A stretch of DNA of 64,000 nt from Deltaproteobacteria bacterium. GTDB taxonomy: Bacteria; Myxococcota_A; Polyangia; Polyangiales; Houyiibacteriaceae. The position numbers and the translations under genes were made by a program. Shown piece after piece: positions 19,076 through 29,688 of the stretch. The first letter of the stretch is position 1. Each line of letters starts with the position of its first letter. The stretch is from assembly GCA_034670305.1 (NCBI GenBank), contig JAXMNT010000022.1, positions 1 through 64,000 of the forward strand, read 5' to 3'. The notes beneath the pieces are model-generated. The model did no database searches, was not told the origin of the DNA, and was given only the letters and a program-made list of their open reading frames with translations.

Positions 19076-20901
19076 TCGCGGGCGACGCGGAGGGTCCGGA
19101 TCGCGGCGCCCGCCGGGGCACGCACCCCGAGCCCGACCTGGTTGCCGAGGCCCTCGAGGGTGCAGGTCCGTTCGTCGAGATCGGTCGTGATCGTCACCCG
19201 GGGGCCGCGCCGCACGAGCGCGATCTCGGTCCCGGCGCTCCGCCGCACGGTACAGAGGCGCGGACCCACTTCGGTGGGAAACACGGTGACTGTGATCGGC
19301 GGCAGCCCGTCGGGACGCAATAGGATCTCGACGCCGGCGAGCGCGTCCTCGACCGCCATGGTCATCGAGAAGTCGCGGAACTCGAGCGTGGCCAGATCCA
19401 CCCGGGCTCCGTCGACCCGCGCGCGCAGCTGCAGGCCGTCGATCTGCCAGTGCTCCGCGGTGTCGAGCGCGAGGTCTTCGGGCAACAGCGTGGCTGGCGG
19501 GTTGTGCAGGCGGGTGCGAAGTGGCGGCCTTCGCAACGACGCGCCGTCGTCGTCGAGCTCCGCGAAGGTGCCGTCGACCATGGCGACGAGCTGGCCGGGC
19601 ACCCGCGTCGCATCGAGCGAAACCGCGGTGCGGGCGGCGACGTCCACCTGGTACGCGACGGGGCGTCCCGCTTCCGATCCGGTCAAGAGCACATCGCCAT
19701 CTGGAAGCGCGGCGACCTGTACGTCGACCACCGCGCCGAGTCCCTCGATGTCGAACCGCTCCGACACGAGCTCGATCCGGAGTGCGGTGCCGACGCTTCG
19801 CAAGAGCACGACGTCGCGGGTGGGCGCGCCTTCCTGTTCGTCGCTGACAAGCAGCGCGCGCCCCCCCGGAAGCGCCACGGCGCGCCAGGCATCGCGCGGC
19901 TGGATGCGCACGGGGGTTGCGGCAAACGTCTCCGCCTCGCTGTCGTAGACGAGCACGTCGCTCAATGTGCCGCCGCCGGTCCCGGTGCCCGCGGCGACGA
20001 CGACGACGCCGTCGTCGAGCGCCACGACCCGCGGGTTCAGTCGAGGGGTGGGCAGGGTGCCCACGGACTGGCTTCCGGTCGCGGTCACCAGCTCCGCCGT
20101 GTCGACCGGCGCGCTCTCTGCGGTGGGACGTCCGCCGACGATCAGCACCGCCTCGGTCGCGGGCACCACCGCCCAGCCGAAGTCGCGGCGGGGTTCGCCA
20201 AGCCGCAGCAGCTCGACCGAGCCGTCGCCGGAGGCAAGACCCGCGACCTCGTACCGCTCGAAGGTGTCGTGGGCGGGGCCCGAGACCCCGAGTGCGCCCC
20301 CGATCACGAGCACCCGATCGTCGACCACCGCGACCCCGTGTCCAACGCGAGGGAGCTCGAGTTCGCTCGGCACGGCCAGCTGATTGCCCGGCTGGAGCAC
20401 CGCGAGCCGCCGGGAACCGACCCCCTCGCGCGCGCCGCCGGCCAGGATCAACCCGCCGAGTGGCAGCGCCGCCGCGACCCCGCCGGGTTGGCCAAGCGCG
20501 GGGTCCGGAAGTGGGCAGCTGCGGTTCTCGGGAAGCAGCACCATGTCTCCGACCTCGTCCAGGTCGGACAAGAAGCGCGCCGCGCGACCCTCCCAGTCCC
20601 CCGCGCGTGCCCGGACCGTGACCAGCTGGGTGTCGGACGGGAACCGGTCGATCGTCGCCGGCTCGGCGTTCGGACGCAGCACGTCGATGGTGTTCTCGTC
20701 GCTCGGCGGAAAATCACCGAACGCTTCGACGACGATCTCGGTGACGGTTCGGGTCGGCCGGCAGTCCGAGGCGTTCGGGAGCCGGAGGGTGAGGCCCGCG
20801 ACCCGGATGTCGGCGTCGGGGGCACAGCCGGCCGCGCATAGGAGCGCGCAGCCGAGCGGGCAGGTGAGCAGGACGAGGGCGACCCTCCACGCGTACGCCA
20901 T
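19072..20901 (-). CDS. Kelch-like beta-propeller lipoprotein
   Basis: Signal with AAGC lipobox; repeated LILAGG, VLVIGG, VLIVGG and PR motifs. ATG at 20901. Confidence 0.75.
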   Translation of the reverse strand: MAYAWRVALVLLTCPLGCALLCAAGCAPDADIRVAGLTLRLPNASDCRPTRTVTEIVVEAFGDFPPSDENTIDVLRPNAEPATIDRFPSDTQLVTVRARAGDWEGRAARFLSDLDEVGDMVLLPENRSCPLPDPALGQPGGVAAALPLGGLILAGGAREGVGSRRLAVLQPGNQLAVPSELELPRVGHGVAVVDDRVLVIGGALGVSGPAHDTFERYEVAGLASGDGSVELLRLGEPRRDFGWAVVPATEAVLIVGGRPTAESAPVDTAELVTATGSQSVGTLPTPRLNPRVVALDDGVVVVAAGTGTGGGTLSDVLVYDSEAETFAATPVRIQPRDAWRAVALPGGRALLVSDEQEGAPTRDVVLLRSVGTALRIELVSERFDIEGLGAVVDVQVAALPDGDVLLTGSEAGRPVAYQVDVAARTAVSLDATRVPGQLVAMVDGTFAELDDDGASLRRPPLRTRLHNPPATLLPEDLALDTAEHWQIDGLQLRARVDGARVDLATLEFRDFSMTMAVEDALAGVEILLRPDGLPPITVTVFPTEVGPRLCTVRRSAGTEIALVRRGPRVTITTDLDERTCTLEGLGNQVGLGVRAPAGAAIRTLRVARD

Positions 20902-21127
20902 CGTTCCAGTCAGGGGCACAGGCCCGAGCGTACTCCGACCGCACGCTCCGTGGGTGAGGGGACGCAATGCTGTGGTCGAGGCCACACAACGCGTGCCGAC
21001 CGACCGAACCGTGCCCTCGGACGTCTGAACGGGTGGTGCTGCTCTGGATCGTACGGGGTCGGGCAATTCTCCTGGTGCCGGGAACAATTGACCCGCGTCG
21101 CCCCTCTCAACCGCATCGGCGTCTGTT

Positions 21128-21144
21128 CTGGCGCGGGAGTTGCT
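21128..21144 (+). promoter_or_regulatory. Sigma54 (-24/-12) promoter of the MoxR-vWA operon
   Basis: CTGGCGCGGGAGTTGCT with exact GG-N10-GC spacing, about 40 nt before the first gene. Confidence 0.7.
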
Positions 21145-21185
21145 CAGTCCGCCCTGGGACCGAGTGGTCGGGAAGGGAGGGCTGA

Positions 21186-22958
21186 GTGGATCGACACAAG
21201 ACGGTGGAACGCGCGGTCCGGACCGCATCCCGGCGGCTTGCCGCGGGCCGGGCGCGCACGGCGCTTCGCCGCGGGACGTGGCCGATCGTCGGTGTGGCTT
21301 CGTTGGCGGCGGCGTCTCGCCCTTGGGCCTGGCCGCTCGACGACTCCGCACCGCTCTGGGCGGGGACCCCGCGTGCCGCGCTGATCGCCGCGGGCGTCGG
21401 GACGCTGCTTGCCGGGCTCGTGTACCTCGTCGCCCGCAAGGCGCCGAGCGCGTTGACGGTCCACCGAACGATCGACCGGTCGCTCGGCCTGCGCGACGTG
21501 GTGGCGTCGGGGCTCGCGCTCGGGGTCCACCAAGAGGGCACCGAACTCGAGCGGCTCGCGCGGCTTCGCGCCGAAGAGGCCGCGACTACTTTCGATGCCT
21601 CGCGCCTGCCCGTGCCGACCTTGCGACCCCGCGCTTCTCGCGCTGTGCTCGGGGCCCTGGCGCTCCTCGTCGCGTCGCTTTTCGGCGGGTACGATCCAGC
21701 GCTCGCGCGGGTGCTCGAGTCGCCGCCGACCGTCGCGGAACACGACGCGGCCGAGGCGCTCGAGGAGGCCGTCGCGGCACTGGCGACGGAACCCCAAGAA
21801 GAAACGGACGCCGAGACCGACGTGCCCACGCTGCAGGAACGGGCGCGCTCGATCGCGCGGGATCTGAGCCGTTCGGATCGGGAGTCTGCGCTCGCGCAGC
21901 TGCAGGCCCTCCGCGAAGCGAGCCAGGCCCGGTTGTCTGCAGCCCGCACCTTGCGACAGCAGGCGCGCAACCTGGCCCGGCACCTCGACACCCGGAGCCG
22001 AACGGGGAGTCGGGCGCCCGGCGATCCGACCCAGACGTCGTCCGAGTCCGGGCAAGACGCGTCTTCGCCATCCACTCCGTCCGGTGCCGGCAACCGGAGC
22101 TCGACCCGCGCCACGTCGCCGCTCGAGCAGTCGATGCGCCTTCTCGCGCGCCAGCTCCGTTCCCCGCAGGCGGCGGGCGCCCAGGACGCCCAAGAGTCGC
22201 GGCGCACGCTGGAGCGCCTGAGCCGCGCCGCCGACGAAGCGCGTCGCGCTTCCGATCCATCCGCGGCGGCGTTGGCAGAATCTCTGAACCGTGCGGCCGA
22301 GGCGATGGCGACGGAGAACTGGGAGGCCGCCGCCGAAGCCCTCGACCGAGCCGTACAGCAGGCGGCACGGATGCGTCGCGCGCAAGAGCGCATGGACCGC
22401 ACCGCCGAAGCCCTCGCGCGGCTGCTCGAGCAAGCCGGTTCGCTCGAGCGCGCCGTGCAGCTCGCGATGATGGGCCGCGACGCACTGCCCGGAGAGATGG
22501 AAGGCGGCATGCCGGGTGGGGCGCCCGGTGCAGAGCCCAGCGGCGGAGCCCGGGGTCTCGCGGCAGAACTGCGCGCTCGGTTGGCGGCTCTTGGTCTCAG
22601 CGAAGGCCCCGCTGCGCCGGGCGGTCGGTCGGGACCCGGAGGCCGCGGTCCGAGTGCGCCCGGGCCCCGCACCCGCTCCGGCCTCGAGCCCCAGGGCGAT
22701 GTCTCCGCGCCCAGCCGGGTAGGGGAGGGCGAGCGTGCGGTGCAGGTGCTCGCGGGCCTCGGACAGAACGGCGAAGCGCAGACCGGCTACTCGGATGTCT
22801 ACCCGAGCTACGGCGCCATCGCCGAAGACGCGCTCGCGTCCGACACCGTGCCGGCCGCGCGCCGGGACGCCGTGCGCCGTTACTTCGAATCCATTCGCCC
22901 CGGCGCCGAGATCGCCGAAGCCGGACCCGACACCCTCGATGAACCGACCGCTCCATGA
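21186..22958 (+). CDS. Membrane-anchored coiled-coil protein of the MoxR operon
   Basis: N-terminal TM helices, ID..LGLRD motif, long coiled coil, Gly-rich linker, and a C-terminal VPAARRDAVRRYF motif typical of MoxR/vWA cluster proteins. Confidence 0.8.
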   Translation: MDRHKTVERAVRTASRRLAAGRARTALRRGTWPIVGVASLAAASRPWAWPLDDSAPLWAGTPRAALIAAGVGTLLAGLVYLVARKAPSALTVHRTIDRSLGLRDVVASGLALGVHQEGTELERLARLRAEEAATTFDASRLPVPTLRPRASRAVLGALALLVASLFGGYDPALARVLESPPTVAEHDAAEALEEAVAALATEPQEETDAETDVPTLQERARSIARDLSRSDRESALAQLQALREASQARLSAARTLRQQARNLARHLDTRSRTGSRAPGDPTQTSSESGQDASSPSTPSGAGNRSSTRATSPLEQSMRLLARQLRSPQAAGAQDAQESRRTLERLSRAADEARRASDPSAAALAESLNRAAEAMATENWEAAAEALDRAVQQAARMRRAQERMDRTAEALARLLEQAGSLERAVQLAMMGRDALPGEMEGGMPGGAPGAEPSGGARGLAAELRARLAALGLSEGPAAPGGRSGPGGRGPSAPGPRTRSGLEPQGDVSAPSRVGEGERAVQVLAGLGQNGEAQTGYSDVYPSYGAIAEDALASDTVPAARRDAVRRYFESIRPGAEIAEAGPDTLDEPTAP

Positions 22959-24120
22959 ACCCCCATTTGCCCAACCATTTGCCAAACCATTCGAAAGCGA
23001 GGACCCCGTGAGGGAAGCGACCGCCACCCGCACGCACGAGACCGACGTCCCAGACGCCGGCGTGCCGACCCTCAAACCGCCCGGGGTCACGACGACTTTG
23101 CTCGAGAAGAAGCTGGCCGAAGCCCGCGCGCTCGGCGAAGCACTGATGGAAGGGCTCAACGAGGTCATCCTCGGGCAAGCGCAGGTCGTGGAGCACGTCG
23201 TGACCGCGCTGCTCGCCGACGGGCACGTGTTGCTCGAAGGCGCGCCTGGGCTCGGCAAGACCCAGCTCGTACGCACGCTCTCGGGGTTGATCGGTGGCCA
23301 GTTCGCGCGCATCCAGTTCACGCCGGATCTGATGCCGAGCGACATCCTCGGGACCTCGCTCGTCGTGCAAGGCGGCGACGGGCAGAAGGACCTGCGGTTT
23401 CGCGAAGGCCCCATCTTCGCGAACCTCGTGCTCGCGGACGAGATCAACCGCGCCACGCCAAAGACCCAGAGCGCGCTGCTCGAAGCGATGTCGGAGAGCA
23501 CCGTCAGCGTGGAGGGGCGCCCCCGGCCACTCCCGGATCCGTTCTTCGTGCTCGCCACCGAGAACCCGATCGAGATGGAGGGGGTGTTTCCTCTTCCGGA
23601 AGCTCAGCTCGACCGGTTCTTGCTCAAGCTGATCCTGCGCATGCCGGATCTCGACACGCTGGCCCGCATCGGTGCACGCGCGGAAGCGCCGAGGATGCCC
23701 GAGCCGGTCACGACGCCGGAGGCGCTCCTGCAGGCCCAGGCGCTCGCGCGCTCGATTCCATCCGCCCCGCACGTGCAACGTTTCGCGGCCGAGCTCGTCC
23801 TCGCCACCCACGCGCCGAGCGAGGTTCGGTTCGGGGCGGGTCCGCGCGCGGTCCAAGCGCTGATGGCGTGTGGCCGGGTGCGTGCATTGCTCGACGGCCG
23901 GGTGGCGGTCGCCGTCGACGACCTGCGAGACGTGGCGGTCGCGGTGCTCACCCACCGCATCGCGCTCGGATTCGAAGCGGAGGCACGCGGGCGCACCGCG
24001 GACCAGGTGATCGCCGACGTGCTCGCGTCGGTGCAGGTGCCGGGCGACGACGTCGCGGTGCTTCCCGTCGATGCGGCGGTCGATGCGGCGACGTCTGCCG
24101 AGGACGCCGACCATGGGTGA
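22939..24120 (+). CDS. moxR: MoxR family AAA+ ATPase
   Basis: GHVLLEGAPGLGKT, RIQFTPDLMPSDILG, LADEINRATPKTQSALLEAM, ATENPIE, LPEAQLDRF. Start approximate. Confidence 0.96.
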   Translation: MNRPLHEPPFAQPFAKPFESEDPVREATATRTHETDVPDAGVPTLKPPGVTTTLLEKKLAEARALGEALMEGLNEVILGQAQVVEHVVTALLADGHVLLEGAPGLGKTQLVRTLSGLIGGQFARIQFTPDLMPSDILGTSLVVQGGDGQKDLRFREGPIFANLVLADEINRATPKTQSALLEAMSESTVSVEGRPRPLPDPFFVLATENPIEMEGVFPLPEAQLDRFLLKLILRMPDLDTLARIGARAEAPRMPEPVTTPEALLQAQALARSIPSAPHVQRFAAELVLATHAPSEVRFGAGPRAVQALMACGRVRALLDGRVAVAVDDLRDVAVAVLTHRIALGFEAEARGRTADQVIADVLASVQVPGDDVAVLPVDAAVDAATSAEDADHG

Positions 24121-25078
24121 CGCCGCACTGCAGCCGGACGACGGGCTCCTCTCCCCCGCCTTTCTCGCGCGGCTCGCCCACCTTCAGATCGTATCTCGCA
24201 AACGCGCAGACGCCCGCCACCGGGCGCGCCGCCGAACCCGCCGCGCCGGGGGCGGCACCGAGTCGATCGACGTGCGTGCCTACGCGCCCGGCGACGACCC
24301 ACGCCGCATCGATTGGAACGCCTACGCGCGTTTCGAGCGCTTGCTGGTCCGCGTGGTCGCGGAAGAGTCTCCGCTGCGCCTCGGTCTCGTCGTCGACACC
24401 AGCGCGTCGATGGGGTTCGGTCAGCCGAGCAAACTTCGTCAGGCCTGCCGCATCGCCGCCGGGCTCGCAGCCATCGCGCTCCGGGCCGAAGATCGCGTCG
24501 CCGCCTTGAGCGCCGCCGACCAACCCAAGCTCGTCACCCGCGCGTCGGGTGGCCGCCGCGGGCTCCAACAGCTGCTCGCGGGTTTGAACGCGCTCGAGCC
24601 GGAGCGCCTCACCCACTTGGCGGCTGCTTCCCATGCGGTCACGGCCGCGCTCGGAGGAAGGGGCCTCTGCGTGATCCTCAGCGACTTGCTCGATCCCAGC
24701 GGCGCGCTCACCGCCGCGCGCGCGCTCCGCTTGCGGGGCCACGAAGTCGCGCTCGTCGAGGTGCTCACCCCGTTCGAACTCGATCCAGGGCTCGTCGCCG
24801 ACGACCTCGAAGGCTGCGATCTCGTCGACGCCGAGACCGGTGAGCTCGTCGAACTTCCGCCGCACGGCGCGCTCGCGGCCTATCGGGAGACGCTCGCCGA
24901 ACACCGCATGCAGCTCGAGCAAGAAGCGTCGGAGCTCGAGGTCCCGGTGCTCAGCGTCTCGACCGAAGATCCGTTCGACGAGGTCGTCTCGCTCGCTCTC
25001 GAGCGTGGCGTCTTGCGCGGTGCCGGCATGGGGACCGCGTCCGCGACTCGTCCGAGCGACGTCGGCGAAGCGGCGTGA
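24113..25078 (+). CDS. DUF58 family protein
   Basis: RAYAPGDDPRRIDWNAYAR, VDTSASM, ILSD. Confidence 0.93.
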   Translation: MGDAALQPDDGLLSPAFLARLAHLQIVSRKRADARHRARRRTRRAGGGTESIDVRAYAPGDDPRRIDWNAYARFERLLVRVVAEESPLRLGLVVDTSASMGFGQPSKLRQACRIAAGLAAIALRAEDRVAALSAADQPKLVTRASGGRRGLQQLLAGLNALEPERLTHLAAASHAVTAALGGRGLCVILSDLLDPSGALTAARALRLRGHEVALVEVLTPFELDPGLVADDLEGCDLVDAETGELVELPPHGALAAYRETLAEHRMQLEQEASELEVPVLSVSTEDPFDEVVSLALERGVLRGAGMGTASATRPSDVGEAA

Positions 25079-26895
25079 GCTTCGCGTCCCCCACGCTGCT
25101 CTGGGCACTGCTGCTGCTGGTGCCGGTGGTCGCCGCGTTCCTCGTTCGGCGCCGCCGACGGGTGGTCGAGGTGCCGTCGGTGTTGCGGTGGCGGCTCGCG
25201 GCGGTCAGTCGGCACCGCTCGCGCCGGTTCCGTTTTCTCAGCCGGTGGGTGGCGTTGCTCGCGTGCGTGGTCGCGGTGTGGTCGCTCGTGGTCGCCGCGG
25301 CCGATCCGGGTGGTGGGGGGACCGCCCGCACCACGTGGGTGGTGCTCGATGGGTCGGCGTCGATGGGCGACGCGGAGGGACCGTGGGCGGAATCGCTGCG
25401 GACGGTGCGATCGATGGTGTCGCTTCGCGCCGCCGGCGAACACATCGGCATCGTGGTGGCGACCGAGGCGCCCGTCCGGTTGGTCGGCGCGACGACCAAC
25501 GCCTCGCTTCTCGATGCCGCGGTCGACCGCCTCGAGGGTGCGGTGTTCGTGGGCGACGACACGGACGACGAGGGTGTGCTCGGGGTGGACGCGGAGGATC
25601 CGCAGGAGCGCGACGACCCAGGGCTTGGGCGAGTGTTTCGGCGCGGCCACACCGCGGATCTGGCCGCTGCGATCGCGCTCGCGGATCAGCTGGCCCAAGG
25701 GGCGCGACACGACGCGCGGATCGTCCTGCTTCACGACGGCGGGCAGGCCGTGGTTCCCACTGCGGTGACGACGCCGATCGTTGCGCGGGTGTTTGGAGCC
25801 GGCCGCGAGAACGTCGGCATCACCGCCTTCGGCGCCGAGCATGCGGAGCTGCGCGGAAGCGATGCGGAACGAGACGTACTCGTCGGGGTCGCGTGCGCTG
25901 GAAACGCCGCCCGTCGTGCGACGGTGCGGCTGGAAGCGGACGGCGTCCGGGTGGGCGAACAGACCGTCGAGTTGCTGCCCGGAGAGGAAACCGACGTGCG
26001 GTTTCGCCTCCGGCTCGCCGCCTCGCGCCTCGTCGCGGTGGTGCATCCGGCGGACGGCGTCGCGGACGACCTGCCGCTGGACGATCGCGCCGAACTCTCG
26101 CTTGGCCGGATCGATCCGCCCGCGGTGTGGACGGTGTCGGACGGGGACGACACCGCAGCGTTCTTTGGCAGCCGCGCGCTTCGGGCGGCGGGCGCCACCG
26201 CGGTCGAAGCGCTCGAGGGCGAACAGGTGCCGGAGGGCGACGTCGCGGTGAGTTTTGGGCCACCGCACCGCCGGATTCGAGGGCCGCTTCTGGTGCTTGG
26301 CGGCCGTGCACTCCCCGCCGATGTCTCCACCGGCGCCGACGCCGACGCCGCTCCTCCTCCAAATGCTGCGCCCCTTGCCGACCCATCCGAGCGCTGGCCA
26401 GAGGGCGTCTTGCCGCAGCCGTTGCTCGGCGCGGGGGCCGTGGCGCTTCGCGCGGTCGACGACCACCATCCGGTCACCCGCGGTGTGGCGCTCGACGGCG
26501 TCACGGTGGTGCGCGCGTCCCCCGTCGATCCAGGCGCGGGTGCCGCGCTCGTGGAACTCGACGGAGGCACGGTGGTCGCGGCCGGAGGCGCCGGCGCGGG
26601 GCGCTGGGTGTACCTCGGCCTCGAACCGGGCGGTTCCGACGTCGTGCTCCGCGTCGCCTATCCGCTGCTGGTCGCCAACGCCCTCGTCTGGCTGCGCGGC
26701 GGTTCTGGTGTGGCGAGTGCCGCCACGCCCCCGCCCGCAGAAGTCCGCCTCACCCAACCGGCCGAGGCCGAGACCCTCACCGCGCTCGGAGTGCCGGAGT
26801 TGCCTGTGCCACCACTGCCGGTCGCCTTCGGGTTGCTTGCGTGCGTGCTCCTCGGCCTCGAGGGGTTGGCCTATGCGCGTGGGTACGTGCGATGA
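25075..26895 (+). CDS. BatA-like N-terminal domain plus vWA membrane protein
   Basis: MSFASP.LLW.LLLL.P, RRRR..VPS; MIDAS LDGSASM, LHDG; C-terminal TM helix. Confidence 0.85.
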   Translation: MSFASPTLLWALLLLVPVVAAFLVRRRRRVVEVPSVLRWRLAAVSRHRSRRFRFLSRWVALLACVVAVWSLVVAAADPGGGGTARTTWVVLDGSASMGDAEGPWAESLRTVRSMVSLRAAGEHIGIVVATEAPVRLVGATTNASLLDAAVDRLEGAVFVGDDTDDEGVLGVDAEDPQERDDPGLGRVFRRGHTADLAAAIALADQLAQGARHDARIVLLHDGGQAVVPTAVTTPIVARVFGAGRENVGITAFGAEHAELRGSDAERDVLVGVACAGNAARRATVRLEADGVRVGEQTVELLPGEETDVRFRLRLAASRLVAVVHPADGVADDLPLDDRAELSLGRIDPPAVWTVSDGDDTAAFFGSRALRAAGATAVEALEGEQVPEGDVAVSFGPPHRRIRGPLLVLGGRALPADVSTGADADAAPPPNAAPLADPSERWPEGVLPQPLLGAGAVALRAVDDHHPVTRGVALDGVTVVRASPVDPGAGAALVELDGGTVVAAGGAGAGRWVYLGLEPGGSDVVLRVAYPLLVANALVWLRGGSGVASAATPPPAEVRLTQPAEAETLTALGVPELPVPPLPVAFGLLACVLLGLEGLAYARGYVR

Positions 26896-29627
26896 CGACG
26901 ACCCGACAGCGCGCAGTCTCCTGGCCCCGTCGCGTCGCCCTGGCGCTTCGACTTCTCGCGATGGGCGTCGTCGCTGCCGCCGTCTTTGCGCCCGATCGAC
27001 TCGTGCCTTCGGAAGGGAGCGCGGTCGTGTACGTCGTCGATGAGTCGCACAGCACCCGCGGTGCGCGCGAGTCGATCCGCACCTTCCTCGGCGAGGTGTT
27101 CCGGCGCGCGGAAGGCACTGGCCAGCTCGTCTGCGTGGTCCGCTTCGACGGAGCGCCCACCCTGACCCGCGCGTGTGCATCGGTCGACTCGGGCGACGCC
27201 GCAAGCGCATTCGGCCTCGCGATGCACGAGGACGCCGACGCCGTGGACACGCCCGGTTCGGACCTGCAGTCCGCGGTTCGACTCGCGACGGCCGCGCTGC
27301 CCGACCTCGGTGCGCGGCGCATCGTGGTGCTCACCGACGGACGCGAGACCCGAGGCCAGGTGCGCGACGCGGTCGCACCCCTGTCTCGATCCGGCGTGGC
27401 GTTCGACGTGGTCTCGTTCGGACATGAGCCAGCGGTCACGACGCACCTCGGAGCGCTCGAACGACACGAGAGCCACGTGCGTTCCGGGGAGAGCGTCCGG
27501 CTGGAAGTGGACGTCGTCGGGCAGCCAGGCGAGCGGGTGCGCATGGCGTACTACCGGGACGGCGCGCGCCAGACCCAGCGCCAAGTGAACTTGGATGGGG
27601 AGGGCCGTTTTCGGGACGCCTTCGTCGATCACGAACCGAGCGGTGGCGTGCACGTCTACGAGGCGCAGATCTTGCGCGGCGGAGGCGCCGTGGACCGCAC
27701 GCGCCGTCAGGCCGCGGTGCTCGTCGGCGGCAAACCGCGGGTGCTGGTGGTGACCTTGCTCGGCGACCAACCGACCTTGCTGGTCGACGCGCTGCGACAG
27801 GCGGACGCCGATGTGACCCACCTGCAGCTGACGGAAGCGCCGCTGGACGCGTCCAGGCTCAGTGGGGTCGACCTCGTGGTACTCGCCGACCTGCCTCTCG
27901 AGCGCGCGGGTGAGGTCAGCTTGATCAACGGGCTCGGTCCGGAGGCCCAGGACGCGCTCGTCGAGTTCGTCGGCGGCGGGGGCGGCCTCATCGCCACCGG
28001 TGGCGCGTTCGGCTTCGGGCCCGACTGGGCGGACACGCCACTTGCCCGCATCATGCCGGTGCACATCGAAGACCAGGGCGAAGTCGACGACCCGCCGGTC
28101 GCACTGGCGGTGATGCTCGACCGTTCGGGATCGATGGGAGCCCGCGTCGGGTCGCACTCCAAGATGGAGTTGGCGGTGGAAGCTTCGCTCGCGGCCGCGG
28201 CGACGTTGCGCCCGACCGATCGCATCGGCATCGCGACCGTCGACACCAACACGACCTGGACCTACGCGCTCGCGGACGTCGCCGGGGTGGGACCGCATCG
28301 GGACCGCGTGCGCCGCATCCGCGCGGGGGGCGGAGGCATCTACGTCTACACCGCGCTCGTCGACGCCTACGACGCGCTGCGCACCGCGCCCGAGCCGATC
28401 CGGCACGTCATCCTCTTCAGCGACACGGCAGACAGCGAAGAGCAGTACCAGGGATGTCCGTTTGGACACTGCGGCAGGCACATGCCGTACGCCGTCGACC
28501 TGGCGCGCGAAGTGCGCGCGCTTGGGCTGACCACCAGCGTGGTGGGCATCGGGAGCGCGCACGACAGCGACGTGGGCTTCCTCCAGGATCTCGCCGCCGC
28601 CGGAGGTGGACGGTTCTACCTCACAACCCGTGGCGCGGACCTCCGGCGGATCTTCGTCACCGAGACCCGTGCGGCGGCGTTGTCCAACTTGCGCGAAGAG
28701 CCGACGGGCGTGGAAGCGGTCGGTCGGAGCCCCATGGTGGATGGCGTCGGACCGGTCCCCGAGTTGTCCGGGTTCGTGCAGAGCCAGCCGCGTCCCACCG
28801 CCGACACCGCGCTGCGCACCACGGACGGTCACCCGCTCCTCGCGAGCTGGCGCCACGGACTCGGCACCGTGGTCGCGTTCACGAGCGACGCGGGCGGACG
28901 TTGGAGCCAGAGCTGGTCCGAATGGCCGGGCGCGGGTCAACTGATGCGTCAGATGGCCCGCTTCGCTCAGCGGAGACGGGCGGCCACCAGCGCGGACGCG
29001 GCGGTGTCGTTGGAGGGCGACGAGATCGTCGTAGACGTCCGCGTGCCGGCCGGAGGCGAACCGCCCGCGGGTCTGGAGATCTTCGCGCACAGCGCGGCCG
29101 GTGGAACCCCTGCGCCGGTCACCGCAGACCTCGAGCGGGTCGGTCCCGGACACTGGCGCGCCCGCACGGTTGCGACGACCGTTCAGGGAGGCGGCGCCGC
29201 GGTCGTGGTGGCACGCGCCCGCGACGCCCAAGGAGGGCTCTTGGCCGAGGCGCTCGGACAGCAGTCCGCAGCCAGCGAGTGGTCCGTGACAGGACCGGAC
29301 CAAGCGCTCCTCTCACAGCTGGTTCGACTCGGCGAAGGCCGCCTCGATCCCTCGCCCGCAGAGACCCTGGTGCCCGCGCCCACGTCGGTTCCGCGCCCCG
29401 TGCCGACCTGGCCCTGGTGGTTGCTCGCCGCGGCTGCGCTGGTGGTGATGGATCTCTTCGCCCGCCGGCTCGAGCGGTCGAAGTCGGGCGCTCGTCGTCG
29501 TCTCGGAGAAGCCATGGACGCACGGCGCGCCCGCAGCAGGGCCACCGTTCCGAACGACGGGGCGAACGCGGGGACGAACGAGGAAGCGGCGGCCGCGGTG
29601 GATTCGCCGGCGGAGCGTGCGGCCTAG
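26892..29627 (+). CDS. Double-vWA membrane protein with glutamine-amidotransferase-like domain
   Basis: MIDAS VDESHS and LDRSGSM; LTDG.ET; FV..GGGLIATGG; PLLASWRHGLG.VVAFTSD; C-terminal TM helix. The ATG at 26892 overlaps the upstream stop. Confidence 0.88.
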   Translation: MTTTRQRAVSWPRRVALALRLLAMGVVAAAVFAPDRLVPSEGSAVVYVVDESHSTRGARESIRTFLGEVFRRAEGTGQLVCVVRFDGAPTLTRACASVDSGDAASAFGLAMHEDADAVDTPGSDLQSAVRLATAALPDLGARRIVVLTDGRETRGQVRDAVAPLSRSGVAFDVVSFGHEPAVTTHLGALERHESHVRSGESVRLEVDVVGQPGERVRMAYYRDGARQTQRQVNLDGEGRFRDAFVDHEPSGGVHVYEAQILRGGGAVDRTRRQAAVLVGGKPRVLVVTLLGDQPTLLVDALRQADADVTHLQLTEAPLDASRLSGVDLVVLADLPLERAGEVSLINGLGPEAQDALVEFVGGGGGLIATGGAFGFGPDWADTPLARIMPVHIEDQGEVDDPPVALAVMLDRSGSMGARVGSHSKMELAVEASLAAAATLRPTDRIGIATVDTNTTWTYALADVAGVGPHRDRVRRIRAGGGGIYVYTALVDAYDALRTAPEPIRHVILFSDTADSEEQYQGCPFGHCGRHMPYAVDLAREVRALGLTTSVVGIGSAHDSDVGFLQDLAAAGGGRFYLTTRGADLRRIFVTETRAAALSNLREEPTGVEAVGRSPMVDGVGPVPELSGFVQSQPRPTADTALRTTDGHPLLASWRHGLGTVVAFTSDAGGRWSQSWSEWPGAGQLMRQMARFAQRRRAATSADAAVSLEGDEIVVDVRVPAGGEPPAGLEIFAHSAAGGTPAPVTADLERVGPGHWRARTVATTVQGGGAAVVVARARDAQGGLLAEALGQQSAASEWSVTGPDQALLSQLVRLGEGRLDPSPAETLVPAPTSVPRPVPTWPWWLLAAAALVVMDLFARRLERSKSGARRRLGEAMDARRARSRATVPNDGANAGTNEEAAAAVDSPAERAA

Positions 29628-29688
29628 CGCACGTGGCAGGTGGCGGGCTCGGTCTGGAAAGTCGGGGCAAACCATGTAGGCTCCCGCC

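Noticed and set aside
24840-26891. 1595-aa ORF-track protein
   Set aside because: The first ~680 aa are an Arg-rich shadow frame over the BatA-vWA gene; the real start is at 26892.
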